Source of the DNA: Lepidodermella squamata
Taxonomy: Eukaryota; Animalia; Gastrotricha
Direction: 5' to 3'
Length of the DNA: 64,000 nt
Assembly: GCA_047495785.1 (NCBI GenBank)
Contig: JBLDXI010000036.1
Location: 1,054,001 to 1,118,000, forward strand
Of the stretch, positions 11,980 through 23,200 are shown in pieces. How positions within the stretch are numbered: the first letter of the stretch is position 1; the number at the start of each line of letters is the position of its first letter. A program made the position numbers and the translations under genes. The notes under the pieces are model-generated. The model made no database searches and had not been told where the DNA came from. It was given only the letters and a program-made list of their open reading frames with translations.

Positions 11980-14759
11980 TCTGCCATATTAACGTCAACC
12001 ACCTGTCATATGCAAGGATCTGTGAACTCCGCCACCTCGCAGAAACCTTCAATTTAAAACTTATCTGTATTAACGAAACCTTCCTTAAGCCACATAATCA
12101 ATTCTATCTTACCGGTTACACGGTATACCGTCACGATCGAACGTCTGCTGATGGCGGCGGGGTCGCAATACTCGTTAGTAACGACCTAGTCGAACACGCC
12201 GAAAACCTCGGCGGCATTACGATCGACGGCTGCGAAATTCAAATGGCACGAATCAAGTTAGCAGGCGTAGCCTCAATCAAATTAGTCTCTGTATACTGCC
12301 CGCCAACGATACTGCTATCAGATGCGGCAATGGCTCACATAGCACCCGACGAAAACACGATCATCTGCGGCGACTTTAACGCACATGATCGTGCACTAGG
12401 TACAACAGGCAGGCCCGACGCAAGCGGTGCAAAACTAGTCAGCCATTTATTTAACTACAACCTTAAGCTGCTATCGCAAGGCGAGCATACTTACACAACT
12501 AGAAAAGGAAGGAAGGAATGCCTAGATCTGTTTATCGCCGGTGGCAAAGCTGCAAAACGTGCGACCGCAGTCGAAGTCCTACCGGATATCGGTTCGGACC
12601 ACTTACCAGTTGCCCTACACCTGCGTACCGACCTGAAGACACCTAGTAGCTTCCCCGAGCTCAGGCTGGACCTGAACCATATGAAAATCGAGCTGTTCTG
12701 TCAAGTGATCGAGCGCGATTGCAGTAAGCTGGATACGTCCGACCTGCATGTAGTCGCCGACATTGACAGAGCAGTCGAACAGCTCGAAACGATCATCACC
12801 AATGCTACCAACGCAACAACACCGAGATGCAGTGCCAGCAAACTCAAAGGCTGGCGTTTAACTGCTGAAATCTCAGAAGCAATCAAAGAAAGGCGGCGGG
12901 CGAGAAGAGCCTTGGAACGGTTCCGTACGGCAGTTTCGCGGAGCCGTTACAATGCTGCTTCGAAAAAGGTTAGATACCTCATCGCCAAAGAAAGATCGGA
13001 CAGATTCAAGCGTCGTTGCACGGAACTGTCAAAGATGTTGCATGACAAGCCAAGACTCTTCTGGAAGGAATTCAACAATCTTGCCAACAACTCGATCGCT
13101 TCGAACCAGCGGCAGTACCCGCCGATCACTAACGACCAGGGCCTCGAAACCTACACCAATACAGGCAAAGCCAAGATCTTCGCCGACCATCTCGAAAATG
13201 TCTGGAAAACGCCTAGCGACCCCAGTTTCTGCAAGGGAACGGAGGAGCTTGTCGAGAGAACCCTGAAAAACCGCAACAGCGAAATCGGACGTCCCGTCAA
13301 TCCAAGGCGTGATAGGTCCGGCCGCTGGACCGTGAAGCCGGGTGAAGTCATAGCGACAGTAAAGAAGCTTAAAAGCACGGCGCCGGGCGAGGACGGCATT
13401 CTCAATGCGGTTCTGAAAAGAGCACCTGATGCCTTCTGGGAGAAAGCTACTGATATTTTTAACGCCTGCCTACGGTACAGCCATATGCCTGCCAGGTGGA
13501 AGAAGGCCATCGTCGTGCTCATTCCGAAAGAAGGGAAGGACTGGCGAACACCAAAGGGCTACCGCCCGATCAGCCTCCTCAACTGCATCGGGAAAATACT
13601 TGAGCGCCTAGTCGCAAGGCGGGTGCTTGAGGAAATGCGCGAGCGAAAAATCATGCCGCTAACCCAGTCGGCCTTTCAGAACCGTCATTCGGTTGAAGAT
13701 CATCGATACCGCATCGTTCAACTTGCTGTCACCGGCTTGTTAAACCATGAAGAAACGTACGTCTCCTGCCTCGACATCGAGGGTGCCTTCGACCGCATCT
13801 GGCAGCGGGCAGTAATCTATAAACTGCTTAATTTCGGCTTCCCCGACATCGCAACGGCATGGATCGCGGACTTCCTCACTGACCGCGAATTCAGCTGCCG
13901 GGTAGGCAACGACCATAGTAGTGTAAGGCAGATCACCGGCGGTGTTCCGCAAGGTTCACCGCTGAGCCCGATACTTTACGTACTATATACGGCCGACCTA
14001 CCTCGGGAACTACCGAAATCAGTAGCCAACTGCCTTTTCGCCGACGACGTGGCTTTAATATCGAAAAATAAGAAAGGCGAGGTTGCCCGCGACAATCTGA
14101 ACGATGGCATGTCGAAGGTTTCGGCATACTTCAAAAAATGGCGCCTCAAAGCGAACGCCGGGAAGAGCCAAGCGATTCGAATTTCGAATAAGTCAAAACC
14201 GCCCGGGTCAGCCATTAAATTGGATGACACCGAGTTGAAGTGGCACAACGAGGTGAAATACCTGGGCGTGACTATTGACTCGAAGCTGCTATTCAAAAAG
14301 CAAATCGACTTGGCTATCGCGAAGGCGGCACAACGAATCACGGCACTGCACGCTGTGTGCCGAAGAAGTTACGGTCTCAACAAAGAAGCAGCCGTAACAG
14401 TGTATAAAGCGTACATTAGGAGCGTTCTAATCTTTGGCAGCCCGGCCTGGGTCGGTATCGACAACGGGCTCTGGCAAAAGCTCGAGGTCATTCAGAACCA
14501 GGCGCTCCGAATCGCCATGCGCCTTCCGCCTTGGCACAACACCGACGATCTCCGAAAAAGGGCTGGCATCGAGTCAATTCGAGACCATGCCACCAGGCTT
14601 GCAACAAACTGGTTGAACCGATCGTTGCAATACAACAACCTGGACGGACAAGAAAGTGCTATCCTAATGCGCAAACCAGTGGATGAACGAGTGTATCGAC
14701 ACTCGAAACGACCGCCTCTTTCAGCCATGCGGCTAGTACTAGATGGTCGACGTCCGTAA
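11940..14759 (+). CDS. LINE ORF2: AP endonuclease + reverse transcriptase (no RNase H recognised); frame opens at 11940, first ATG only at 12243
   Basis: APE motifs HINVN, CINETFL, YRHDR..GGGVAIL (all upstream of the first ATG), GDFNA, SDHLPV; RT motifs YRPISLL, LDIEGAFD, GVPQGSPLSP, FADD, KYLGV. Confidence 0.93.
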   Translation, partial: TRQKRSRPTYTFIVCHINVNHLSYARICELRHLAETFNLKLICINETFLKPHNQFYLTGYTVYRHDRTSADGGGVAILVSNDLVEHAENLGGITIDGCEIQMARIKLAGVASIKLVSVYCPPTILLSDAAMAHIAPDENTIICGDFNAHDRALGTTGRPDASGAKLVSHLFNYNLKLLSQGEHTYTTRKGRKECLDLFIAGGKAAKRATAVEVLPDIGSDHLPVALHLRTDLKTPSSFPELRLDLNHMKIELFCQVIERDCSKLDTSDLHVVADIDRAVEQLETIITNATNATTPRCSASKLKGWRLTAEISEAIKERRRARRALERFRTAVSRSRYNAASKKVRYLIAKERSDRFKRRCTELSKMLHDKPRLFWKEFNNLANNSIASNQRQYPPITNDQGLETYTNTGKAKIFADHLENVWKTPSDPSFCKGTEELVERTLKNRNSEIGRPVNPRRDRSGRWTVKPGEVIATVKKLKSTAPGEDGILNAVLKRAPDAFWEKATDIFNACLRYSHMPARWKKAIVVLIPKEGKDWRTPKGYRPISLLNCIGKILERLVARRVLEEMRERKIMPLTQSAFQNRHSVEDHRYRIVQLAVTGLLNHEETYVSCLDIEGAFDRIWQRAVIYKLLNFGFPDIATAWIADFLTDREFSCRVGNDHSSVRQITGGVPQGSPLSPILYVLYTADLPRELPKSVANCLFADDVALISKNKKGEVARDNLNDGMSKVSAYFKKWRLKANAGKSQAIRISNKSKPPGSAIKLDDTELKWHNEVKYLGVTIDSKLLFKKQIDLAIAKAAQRITALHAVCRRSYGLNKEAAVTVYKAYIRSVLIFGSPAWVGIDNGLWQKLEVIQNQALRIAMRLPPWHNTDDLRKRAGIESIRDHATRLATNWLNRSLQYNNLDGQESAILMRKPVDERVYRHSKRPPLSAMRLVLDGRRP

Positions 14760-17466
14760 TTAACACTAGTTTACTTTTTATATAAACAACACTAGCTTGT
14801 TCAACCAGCGAACACCCAAGCATGACGGGGTTTCTCACAGGCCCGGCCCTCTGTTTGGGTGGTTTTACTAAGCCACTAGTTTTCTCTGTCCGGTCAGATC
14901 TGCTCAAGCCCGTACCCCAGCACTCCGTTTCGTGATGATGGGGCGGGGGCCTTAGGCAAGCCCACTCGGCGTGGATCTGACAAACTTTTTATTTTTCGGA
15001 CTGGATCCATCCACTTTCGTACCCTTGCACTCCGTTTCGTGATGCTTGGGCGGGGCCTTAAGAAAGCCCACTCGTTTCGTGGCTCTGGATCCGGTTTCGA
15101 GATCGTTGACCAGTCTAGGTTACAATCCCTGGATGCCCGGCCCTGGATGATCTGCTTTCAGAGCATCCAGCGACGACCCTAAAAAGTCCGCTGGCGCCAG
15201 GTCGAATGTGCTAAGGACGACTCGGATGATACGGTCAGGTTTTATTATTTGATTGATATTTTAGCCTATCTGCAATTTACATTTTTACGCTGGATTCGGA
15301 ACCATGTGAGTCATGACTAAGATTTTTGCTTTATTTTTATATCGAATAAGTAGTACTTCAGCTCTTTATTTTTCGGTAAGGAATGTATGAGGGTGCCCAC
15401 TTAGACGGTTAAGGCCTGATTTTCTTTTTTCGCAACACACTTTTAACACGCAACGGACGTCGAAAATTCAAAAATATATGGTTAAGGACAGTAAATTTGG
15501 CAGGGCGAAAGCCTGGATGATGAGTACGCACGTCTGATAACATTATGTTTCAGGCCAGTCTGTGATCCCCCGATTGCAGTGGCGCTGTAGGGGCCTACTT
15601 GTGGCCCGATCGGCGTGGTTTCTGAGCCAAATGCCCCAGTAAGTTAGGGGGGGGGGGGGGGGGGGGAAAGTGATACCATGCACCTAGGACTCCAGGTACT
15701 CGTTAGCCGAGACGGGCACCTGGCATCCTGGAATCCTGGATGCCAATGGAATGCCTTGGATGTGGGTTTCTTTATGGGCATTGGCAAATCAAGATCGGTT
15801 ATAAAAATATATAATTTTTAAGAAAACAAAAAATCTTAATTAATATAAATTAATAAAATAAATCGCAATTTTATTAATTAAAAGTTATTTTAATTGAATT
15901 CATGGGCATCGATTTTAAAAGATAAAAAACCCGTGAATTCAATTGTTTTCAAAAAATCCATGAATTAGGGTACCCCCAGGCCATGAATTCATGGAAGTTA
16001 GAAACTAATAATAAGCCAAAATTGCCACATGAATTCATGGGTTTTTTTTTCCCGTGTACGACATCTCATTTTCCTCCAAGCAAGAACGACAAGTCATATC
16101 ATTTGTAACAATCATTCTTCAGTTGTTATTCCATCGTGTCTGTTGGAGCCTTAGAGTCGAATGGTAAATGTACTTCCCCTGCTTATCACTCATTTATTCC
16201 AACTCAAAATATGGCATCATAGCCGTTGGAGCCGCCACGACTACTGACAAGCAAGCGACCCATCAAACTAACACTAAATGCCTACGTCTCATATGTCGCG
16301 TTGGTAAAGTATATAAGCTTTCCCTGAATGCTCATCTAGCCTTGTAACTATATTTTGCCATTGTAGCGGACTAAGAAGTACTCCTGCAAAATGAGAAGAC
16401 ATTAAGTCGGACGTAGATGAGGTTGATGGAGTGGCAGAACTTCGACGAAATGTAATTCATATTCGTGACATTAATTATGAAATCTATGCTGTTCAATCTA
16501 TGATGAAGAAATTATACTGTAATCCATGTACTTCAAACCTGTACATATAATTTCGGTGGATTTGAATTCGGTTTGCGAGTAGCTCCTGAGAAAAAAAATC
16601 GAAATTAGTCACTTGAAAATGTATTTGAGAGCTTCAATTTCGTGTTTTTACATGCTTTGAGCGGATAATCCCTGCTTTAGCATCGTCAATATCTGTTGCT
16701 ACCAATATCCTTACTACCTAAAATAGCGGGAAACACAATTTTGGCATTTACCATACATTTTACCCTACTTTACCATAATACAGCTGTATTGTAGAAGCGA
16801 TCAATAAATTAACAGAATTTATTTTCGGTGATCTTGAATTCGGGGCTTCCTCAAAAACACCGAATTCAAACCGAATCAAACCGAAAATTAGTGACCACCG
16901 AAAATTAGTAGATATACAGTATTGAAAATCAGGATATAAATGTGATTTAGGAAAACAATTCGCATCGCGTTCGTTCCTAAAAGTTATTTACGAAGATCAC
17001 TTTTTCCCGCCGATAGTAAGCTGTTACTTCTCCGCCCATATATAAAGCAAAAAGGTCCAAAAACCCAACTTTAGTAAGTACAGTAACTACAGTAAGACGC
17101 GTTACTTTGAATAATTAATCAGTAACAAAAAATACCACAAATTGGTTGATTAATCTTGAAATTTCCAGCCGGAAACTGTTGGTCCAGATTTCACCTACAC
17201 TAAACTACAGTATAAAGGCCGCGGCGATTAATTTTCCTGATTTTTGAAAAAGAGGCAAAAAGTGCGGCGATTATTGTGCAGCTAGCGACGACAAATTCTG
17301 GGTGAAACTAGCGCCGGGTGAAACCCAGAATTTGTCGGGGCTGGCGCTGAATTAAGGCGAGGGCAGTTTATTCACGGTAGGCTCGAGGGCTAAGGATCTA
17401 AATGCAAGGATGAGGTGCACAGCTATAGAGTAGAAGTTTCTGGTAATGATGGCCGAACGTCAAATA

Positions 17467-17660
17467 TCAATACCAGTTAATATTTTTGCGCCGAGGCATA
17501 ACTGGGATTAAATCGACCAAGTGACGTATGCGCCATGCGGGAGAATGATCGTTCATGGTCTTATGGCCGAAGCTATCGAAAGATAGTGAAGCTATGTATT
17601 TAATGTTGTCGGCCATAACATCGCCAGCTGCCAGGCAGCGTTGGCCGTGTAGCGTTCTAG
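17467..17660 (-). pseudogene. Possible class-3 lipase gene fragment
   Basis: WRIRHLVDLIPVMP resembles the lipase-3 Rxxh..D.vP.lP motif; no GHSLG nucleophile motif and in-frame stops nearby. Confidence 0.3.
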
Positions 17661-20600
17661 GCGTTCGGTGTTCGGTGAAGATGTCTTCAATTGAGGGTGA
17701 GGGCACATCAGCCAGAAATGAAGTGCCAAAGGACTCAAAAATTCATCGCTGTAAATCGCTGTAAATTGCTGTCAATGTATTCTGCTGTATTTCACTGGAA
17801 ATCTTATGTTGACTTACACCCGTTTACAAACGCAATTTTATTGGTACCTTCCACTCAATTACACTGGGATTTATTCTCACCTTTACAGTGATTTACAGAC
17901 ACTCGTCGAGGCGCTGTAAATTCCTGTAAAAGCCCAGGAAGTGACAACTTCACAAGTTCTGCCATTTTTGCCTTACAGCAGTTTACACAGTCTTTGAAAT
18001 TCGAAGGCTACTGAAGAGCAAAAATGCCGAAAATGTGAAGTCTTCAGTCTCAGGGCTAATACAGGAATTTACAGTGCCTCGACCAGCGTCTGTAAATCGC
18101 TGTATAAGGTATAAAGATCACAAATTACTTCAAAACAATGAATTACAAGCAAAATCGATTTTCACAACAATTTTCACAATAACAAGAATTAATTTTGAAA
18201 AGATCGGAGAAACGATCATTGGCGATCGGCGACTTTAGCACATTTTCAGAGGAGTATCAGTATTATTTGATTATATCGGGCCATATTTTCGACGCTAAAA
18301 AAGCTCAGATCCGCAAGGCAACTCATGTCAAGCAAATGCCGCCAAGACTAATTTTTCAAGAAAAATCAGCCATATATTTCTCGCCGAACAAAAAACACGT
18401 GCATCACAAATTCAAAAAATTATCGGTTATCCGTGAAAATAAGCAAAAATTATGAGGATCTCAACAGTAAAAAAACCGTTTTTGAAAGAAAAGTCAAGTC
18501 GATGCGGAACGAGCAGCAAACAGCAAAACAAGGCCTCTCGTTATCTCGAAGTTTCGGCCAGGCGGCGATTTCCGACACGCATCGATTCACCGAGCATTCA
18601 GTGCGTAGTTTACCCAGCCTAAAATAATCGGGGAAAATAAGCAGATCTTGGAATCAAAATGAAATTTATTGCTATACCTGTCACAAAAAAACCAGCCACA
18701 AGACGATTGATGCGCTGGCGAACCCGAGAAGAAAAGCAACTCATATGAGGAATGAATCCACAAATAGAATTTCAGGAAATGATAATGATTTGTGAAAATT
18801 TATTTTATTGTGAAACTCCATATCTTGCCTCACAATGTGAAGTTAATTTCCAATTTTCCGCGACGAGATGAAATAGACCAAAGGTTTTCGAATTCTCAAT
18901 CTTAGTAGAAATTCTGAGTAGTCCCTGATTTTTCTATCTTTGCCTCGAATTGTCGAAAAATCATAATGAATTCGCCCATAACGATTTTTCAAATTTATCA
19001 ATCATTTTGAAATTGTTCATAAAATTTCAAAATTTCAAAATTTTACTTAAATTCGGCGATCCAGCAAAAATAAATAAATACGTTTCTTAAGAACAACGTG
19101 TACTTGTACATTGTAGCACGAAATTGATTGACGCGAGACGCTAATTTATGAACTTCGGCTTTAGTTAGCTCAACTTGGATCCTAGCTAGCCGCCAGAACC
19201 TCAAATCAAACTATTAATGAATGAAATTGAGAAGTGTTCAAAAAGTTTAAAAAATCCGGGAAAAATCAAGCCAAATTACAACATAGAATTGAAGAATTCA
19301 AAATGGTAGGATTCAAACGTATTTTGCCACGATGTGGTATGTGGGAAAGACGATGCGTATCACCTTGACGTCGTTTTCATCGCTCGACATCGCCGATCCG
19401 ATTTCTTTAAAATGCTTCAAATTAAATGTAATTTCGGCAAATTATAAACTCACGCCAGGTATAGAGTGAAGTTCATGTCGACCAGAATTTCGCTGCAATA
19501 AATTGAATTATTCGCTCTAGCCAAGAAATCTGCATGGGCAATTCAGCTGATAAACAAGTTTTATAGGTCAAAAACGCGTGGTAGCTTTTCTGTGTTGTGC
19601 ATAATTTTTCATATGTGTGTGCGAAATGCGGCGTGCGAGCAGCTGTTGCGTAACTCCGCGGCGTGGTGATTGAAAAAACACGAATCGCTCCTATTTAACA
19701 GAAAAATTTGGCTATCGCTATTCGCAGCTAAAATTCTTGCCGCTGCCCATGTCATTTACTATTCTGTCATTTAAAAATTAAAAAAATGGTAAATATTATC
19801 TGAAAACAGGTCAATTGAAATTTATTCAATTCAATTTCAGATTTCCTATTTGGAAAATGCTCATCTACAACAATTGGCGAATCAAAATTATTGCCAAGAA
19901 TAGTCCCTGAAAATATATTTCTGCCTCTTAAATGTATTCCGATTAGCTTTTAATGATAATGGTAAAACTTCTAAATTTTCGCTGAATAAAAATCGTGAAC
20001 ACTTGATTACTTTTTAATTAAGAAAATTCAAAATTCATGTTAAATAAACTTTACAATTGATCCTTGAATATGACGATATAATTTTAATGGCTAATGGCAT
20101 GACCATCTGAAATTCAGAATTGCGATCAGCGAAAAATTAAGCTTTTTTCTGGAGGTAAAAATTCCTGTAAATTCCAAAAGTGCTACCAACATATAGAATC
20201 TCAATATAATGAAACATAATGAAAAAATATAAGAATTTTATACTTGAAAATCCGAAAAATTGGACTTGGCTATGAATTTTGCGGAATTTCGAAAGAAACT
20301 AGAAATTCCAGAATAAAAATGTCAAAAATTCCCTCCAACTATGTGCCCTAATTATTATACGGAACGTGAAACTGGGTAGAATTTGCTATGCCGGGGGAAC
20401 CCCCGTACTGTCGCCGTTCGTGTCGTGGACATCTTTGTTTGTTTCTTTGTTTGTTTGTATGCACCCATGTGCAATGTGTGTTTGCAATGCTTGACTACAC
20501 GCCTACGTACACGCATACCAAGCACACCGTGACTTGTCAGAATGCAATCGTAATGCAACTTTCAGTCGATGACTACTACCCGTCTAAGAAGTCATTCCAA

Positions 20601-22049
20601 CCACTAGCCACTGGAACCTTAAATTGCCGGATAAACTGTTGTGCACGGACGGAAAATAATTGCTTCTTGCTTCGCGATTTTAGTTCACACAGCGCTCACA
20701 TCATACAAGAACATCATACAAGCTCACGTCATACGAAACAAACCATAAACCTTAGCCCAAGTTCATGCCGTCGTGAATGTTAGAATTTCGAATAGTGTAA
20801 ACAACGAAGTGTGCAGGACAGCTCGTTCAGAACCCATGTGTCTTACCGCAGCTTTTCTTGCCGCTTGCCGAATTTTTACGAAGTCTTACGAAATTTTGCC
20901 GTGAAGGCCTCGTAAAACTGCGGCATAATTTGCATTACATACGTAAGGGGCAGTAGCTCGTTCGAAACCGTGTGCTTCAATCTTCAATGCTCCGGAGTCA
21001 ACGATTTCCACTTTCGTTGCTCTGAGGCAACCATGGTGTCGCCGGAAGATGCATTAGACTCGGTCCTAATCAATGAGGCTTTAACGTTATTTTCCCCGAC
21101 AGTCGTGGCCGAAAGTTGACGCGTAGAGTCGGCTTGTTGCGTTGCTGCTGCCGTATGAGTACGACGGCGTCACTGCCCCGCACGTATATAATGCAAATTT
21201 TGCCGCATTTTTACGAGGCGATCACGGCAAACTTCCGTAAAAGACTTCAAAAAATGTCTCCGTCTCTAATGAACGATCAACAAGTGTCCGAATCGATTGC
21301 AGATTTAGTGTTTTCTTAGTCTTGCAAATCAAGATAGAATTCGACTGCTTCTTCATACAGATCATCGCCTAGTTTCCGGGAGAGAGGCATTGGCAATGCA
21401 GATGATAACCCCCGTGCTCACTCCGCCGTTGCAATGCAAGCCTCCATGTTGATATCCAGACTCTCACATGCCAACTCTTGCTCTTCGATCGCTGTTTTTC
21501 GGCGAAACTCCTCAGCCGCGTCATAACCCAAATAGATAATATTCATGGTGGCGATCTAGTTTCCTCCGAACTGAGTCTAATGATTGGCAATTTTCCCATA
21601 GACAAAAAGCAGGAATAGCTGAATCCTGTTTGTCGAGAAACTCCTTTGGGTCTCTGAAACTATTAAGGAGCAACAATGCAAGCCGCGAATAGTGCTCTAA
21701 GTTTGTCAGCGACTGAATCAAAGGAAAGTCGAGGGCCGAGGCTGGAACTCAATGACATTTTGTGATGTGCTCTAAATTATTGTGATACGCTCAAATCGAC
21801 GAACGAATTCGGTCCAAGAGAGCCCCGTGCGGAGATTAACGAATGTGTATCGTTGACTCCGGAGCATTGAAGCACACGGTTTCTGAACGCGCTGCCCCGC
21901 ACAACTTCATTGCAATCTCAACGAGGGTGTTGCGGCGATTAGTTTGAAGGATCTTGTTTTCCGCAATCGCCTTTACGTCAGTCGGGCTATTTCGGTGAAT
22001 CAGCACTGCCTTTCAGGACATACAAGTCAGTAAAGCGACGTCGGACGTG

Positions 22050-23200
22050 GGTTAATTTCGGATTTCGTCTGCGGCACGGTTCGACTGATTGGCAACAGCA
22101 GCAACAGTAGCGCCGGGAGAACCAATTTGACATCTTTCTCTGAATTCAAACAGTGTATTGTTTACACTGTTACGGGGATAAAATTGTTATTTATGAGTCG
22201 TTAGACGAGTAAACTCAATAAAAGTGCCTTCGAGTTCAACTGCGGCAAACTTTGTATTACGTCCAGGGCAGCTCGTTCAGAAACGATGTGCTTCGATGGT
22301 CTGTTGTCGACGATACATTTTTGTGGTCCGAATTACACTCGATCCCAACAAATCAGGCTTTCCTCGACAGTCGGAGCCGCAATTCGGCGCGTAGAATTCG
22401 GCTTGTTTCCGTGCTACATGGCATAGAGAACGGTTCTCTATGCTACATGGTCCCAGAACTCCGGAGCATGGAAGCTCGCGGTTTCTGAACGAACTGCCCT
22501 GCGCAACATCATTGCCTACAATCCTGAGGGCGCTGAAGGCGACGCCGTTTACCAGGCGTTGCCGATTCCTTAAGCTTAAGCGAGCATCAGGTGTTTCGAT
22601 GTTTTCGGATGGCAGAATGGCAGAATGGCAACAGGTGATAGGATGTGGCTTTAGAACGATTTTTCATTAGTTCGCTCGTTTTGATGGAGTTCGCTCTTAC
22701 TCAGTGATCGGAAGCACCTATTACTTTTTGTGCGGTATGACTATAGGCCTAAACTTGTATGTGTGAAACAAATCCTGAACAACGTCGCCGCTGTTGATTT
22801 GAAATGATGGAAATTTAGGTTTAACTTCCACGCGCGTGGAGGAAATCGTCGACGAAGACACCTTTGCTTGGATCGAGCCAAATCCGGAATTAGGCTTGAT
22901 CCAAGGCCATAGTTACCTCAGAACAACAAAAGTGTAGTGTTGACTCATCAAGTATTATCAATCTCGTTATACGACAGGAAACTAACAGCTAAGGGAGTAA
23001 CGCGTAACTCGAACTTTTTTGTTGAGTTTACTCGTCTTACGACTCATAAATAAAAATTTTATCCACGTGTAAACAATAAACTGTTTAAGGTTTAGGAATT
23101 CAAAGAAAGCTGTCAAATGGGTTCCCCCGGCGCTACTGTAGCAGCTATGCTGCTGCTGTTGCCAATAAACCGACGTTTAATCACCGAAATTAGCTTCGCA
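22050..23200. repeat. Diverged inverted repeat arms (~22050-22225 / ~23010-23200)
   Basis: TTGGCAACAGCAGCA..AGTAGCGCCGGG..GACGAGTAAACTCAA recurs as its reverse complement. Confidence 0.7.

Larger units (their letters stand above)
9230..15666 (+). mobile_element. Full-length non-LTR retrotransposon (I/Jockey group) with poly(G) tail
   Basis: 13-bp TSD AAAGTGATACCAT (9217-9229, 15667-15679); gag-like ORF1, APE-RT ORF2, ~900-nt 3' UTR, G20 at 15647-15666. Confidence 0.95.
8916..16056. mobile_element. Non-autonomous CAC...GTG DNA transposon (CMC/EnSpm-like) hosting the LINE
   Basis: TIR CACGGGAAAAAAAAACCCATGAATTCAT at both ends; many subterminal CATGAATT(C) motifs; no clean TSD. Confidence 0.75.
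8858..16405 (+). pseudogene. Secreted peptide family copy B1, disrupted
   Basis: Homologous to 36929-37344. ATG>GTG, 1-bp deletion in the signal-peptide exon, exon 1 split by the 8916-16056 insertion; downstream exons at 16057-16405. Confidence 0.8.

Noticed and set aside
10145-14907. Many antisense and alternate-frame ORFs over the LINE (likewise over the piggyBac and kinase)
   Set aside because: Shadow ORFs of GC-richer coding DNA
14930-15540. C/D-box-like motifs (GTGATGA..CTGA, ATGATGA..CTGA) and an HDV-like CGCTGGCGCC in the LINE 3' UTR
   Set aside because: No recognisable guide sequence or terminal stem at the boxes, and no nested double pseudoknot; better explained by other hairpins
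20816-22500. CRISPR-like array
   Set aside because: Repeats alternate in orientation with very unequal spacing in a eukaryotic context
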